Source of the DNA: the human T2T-CHM13v2.0 reference genome, Homo sapiens | Length of the DNA: 64,000 nt | Strand: one strand, 5' to 3' | Assembly (NCBI RefSeq): GCF_009914755.1 | Contig: NC_060930.1 | In this document: positions 61,686 to 64,000 of the stretch, in pieces | Position numbering within the stretch: the first letter of the stretch is position 1 | How the letters are laid out: every line of letters begins with the position of its first letter | Made by a program: the position numbers and the translations under genes | The notes under the pieces: generated by a model | Told to the model about the DNA's origin: nothing | The model's input: only the letters and a program-made list of their open reading frames with translations | The model's database searches: none

Positions 61686-61972
61686 GTGACAGGTCTTGCT
61701 CTGTCACCCAGGCTGGACTGCAGTGATGTGATCATGGCTCACTGCAGCCTCGACCTCCTGGGCTCAAGTGATCTTCCCACCCCAGCCTCCTGAGAAGCTG
61801 GGACTACAGGCATGTGGCACCACACCCAGCTGATCTGTTTTTAAATTTTTTCTGTAGAGACATGGTCTCACTATATTGCCTTAGCTGGTCTCAAACTCCT
61901 GGGCTCACGCTATCCTCCCGACTCAGCCTCCCAAAGTGTTTTGATTACAGGTGTGAGCCACCGCGCCCGGCC
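61686..61972 (-). mobile_element. AluJ within an MLT1-like remnant
   Basis: Antisense Alu dimer. Confidence 0.85.
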
Positions 61973-63529
61973 GAGAGTTCTATATAGAGTTTGAGAGCAA
62001 AACCAGCACCAGGGAAGGCAGAGTGGAGATGAGTCCTTGCTAACATTGTGTGAGCTGCTCGATCTAAATGGAATCAAAGCTAGAGCTACCTCTAATTTTC
62101 TCAGTTATGTCATTCAAAAATTTTTCTTTCTGCTTCAGTCACTTGAAGTTAGATTTCTGTCACATATATCTGTTAAATTCTTGATTAATATTAATATTTA
62201 AATAAAACTTTCTTAACTCAGTGAATCTGAAGTGACAACTACACATGTATTTTGGTAAAGCAATATACCAAGTGTGTTCACTTGGTAATCATTCACTAAG
62301 CAACACATGTATAATCTGCCTACTTTACCATACAGATGTTATTGCTTATGTTCAAAATGTCAGGTTCACGAAAAGGTGCAGGGAGAAGAAATGCTGTTGT
62401 ATATGTTAAGCCATCGATATACAAATCACGCTGCTAATAAAAAAAAAAGCTTATCATAAACAGTCTATCAGATCAGAGTTCCAGGTTCAGCTGAGGTCAA
62501 AATCTACTCTAAAGCTCCTTGCACCCAGAAGGCACCTCAACGAATACCTGTTGTTAAATAAATAAACCTTGGGGTTTGTTGTTGAAACTTTAAAGAAAAA
62601 CATGACTCTTACTTACTCACAGGGGACTTATAATCTATAAGGTAAGCAAGATAAAGAAAGGGCCATCATAGGTATAATTCTAAAAGTGAGAATGGGAAAA
62701 GCAAGTTATGGTTAAAAAAATGAATGAGATGAAATTGGATCTGCCATTAGGATAAAAAAGAATTCATGTGACAGAGCTAGGAAACTCTTAGGTGAAAAAG
62801 ATCCCACAAAACCCCTAAATCATATTTACTGTTAGTGGCAGAGAATCTCATAAATGTCTAAAGAACAAAACACAGTTTGTATTATGCTCAAACTAAGGCA
62901 TTTTATTAGCTGGCTTTACAACTTAAATAATATCTTGGCTTTCAAAGGAACAGCTTCCACTAATTCCAAATTAAACTTTCACAAGTTTACTTGTTTGGGG
63001 AGGGACATTCTTATGGTCACCACAAAATACTTTTATTATAACCTTCCCCAAATCTTTTCTTAGCATTAACTGGAAAAAAAAAAAAAAAAAAAGCTTAGGT
63101 CAAATATCAACTGCCTGAAAAACCCAATTAAGTTACTTTTCCTTAAAACATGTGCAGTATAATTGAATCAAAAGAGAAAACTGCAAATACATTGTGCTTT
63201 GGCCAGAAGTAGAGTTCATTTCATGATGATTCAGTATCTTCAGATACTATTTTTGACACTTGCCATAAATCTTAGCAAAGTAAATCCATTTATTAACGTT
63301 TCAAAGGCAAAGTTGTTTTTAACATTAGACTTTCTTTGCCAGTTGGCAACTTAGAATTTTTGCAGAGGTGATTATTAATACTTCTTTGCAGCTAATTTTA
63401 GCTTTAATTTTTCTCTCTCATCTAAAAACATATCAATTGCACATTGTTCCTTTGACTTAATAACTGCATTCTTGAAACAGAGGTTAGCTATTTCACTGTA
63501 TCCAGAAACGTGGTAGAAATTCTGACCCA

Positions 63530-63541
63530 TCATTCTTTTAT
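63530..63541 (-). CDS. HBS1L: HBS1L terminal exon, coding part (IKE*)
   Basis: Strong acceptor (long T run, then gttttaacag) followed by ATA AAA GAA TGA; matches the recalled HBS1L C-terminus ...VVTEIKE and the known tandem order HBS1L-ALDH8A1. Confidence 0.82.
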   Translation of the reverse strand: MKE

Positions 63542-64000
63542 CTGTTAAAACAAAAAAAAAAAAGACATTTGCTGTAATTTAATCAATCACATTATAAGAA
63601 CAACAAAGGGAAAATTATGGTGAAAGAATTATTATATCAAGAGAAAATCTTTTTCTTTGTCCTGCAACTTTCTTCCTTTCCTAGTCATGCCATTTCTGCA
63701 ATTTACTATAATCTCTCCATTATTCTCCACAAATGACTCTATCTTATTTTTAGAATGCTCTTTTAGAAAGAATGCCTTGATAGATTAAATGTGATATTGA
63801 TGGCAACGATATCAGCTACCAATATTGGATGCTTTTTATGTGCTGAGTGCTTTGCACGTTATCATTTCATTTCAACACAACTCTAGGAGGTAGATTCTAT
63901 TATCCTATTTTTACACTGAAGGAGGTAAATTGAAGGAGAAATGCATTTATGCCGCTAAAAACTGGTGGAGCAAGAACACAAATGGGCAGTGTAACTCTGA

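Larger units (their letters stand above)
58640..63529 (-). other. HBS1L: HBS1L 3' UTR with alternative polyadenylation; distal end uncertain
   Basis: Minus-strand AATAAA at 63289-63294, 63032-63037, 62902-62907 and 58785-58790; the distal extent rests on recall of a long isoform. Confidence 0.5.

Overview
Human (primate) genomic DNA, recognisable as the ALDH8A1 locus with the 3' end of HBS1L (6q23, from recall). The complete ALDH8A1 gene lies on the minus strand. Its 7 coding exons (48303-48166, 42216-42069, 40814-40659, 37665-37516, 31287-31031, 27470-27309, 17124-16672) all have GT-AG boundaries and sum to 1464 nt = 487 aa + stop. The right end holds the terminal exon of a second minus-strand gene (ag|ATA AAA GAA TGA, ...IKE*), matching HBS1L, plus its 3' UTR. 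The rest is mostly transposon-derived: about 25 Alus, L1/L2 fragments, an LTR12 solo LTR with TSD, MER39/MER67/MST/MLT-type LTRs, and a 722-bp pure A/T minisatellite. I found no prokaryotic-type system and no new protein-coding gene. The most notable unexplained structures are: (1) a locally templated direct-plus-inverted duplication inside a MER39-like LTR in intron 4, giving a 264-bp ~96% identical inverted repeat; (2) phase compatibility for an in-frame HBS1L-ALDH8A1 read-through fusion; (3) an AT minisatellite in which the canonical unit is a perfect 14-bp hairpin; (4) tight inverted Alu pairs predicting A-to-I editing and an exon 2-3 circRNA. Repeat family names and most repeat boundaries are by eye and approximate.
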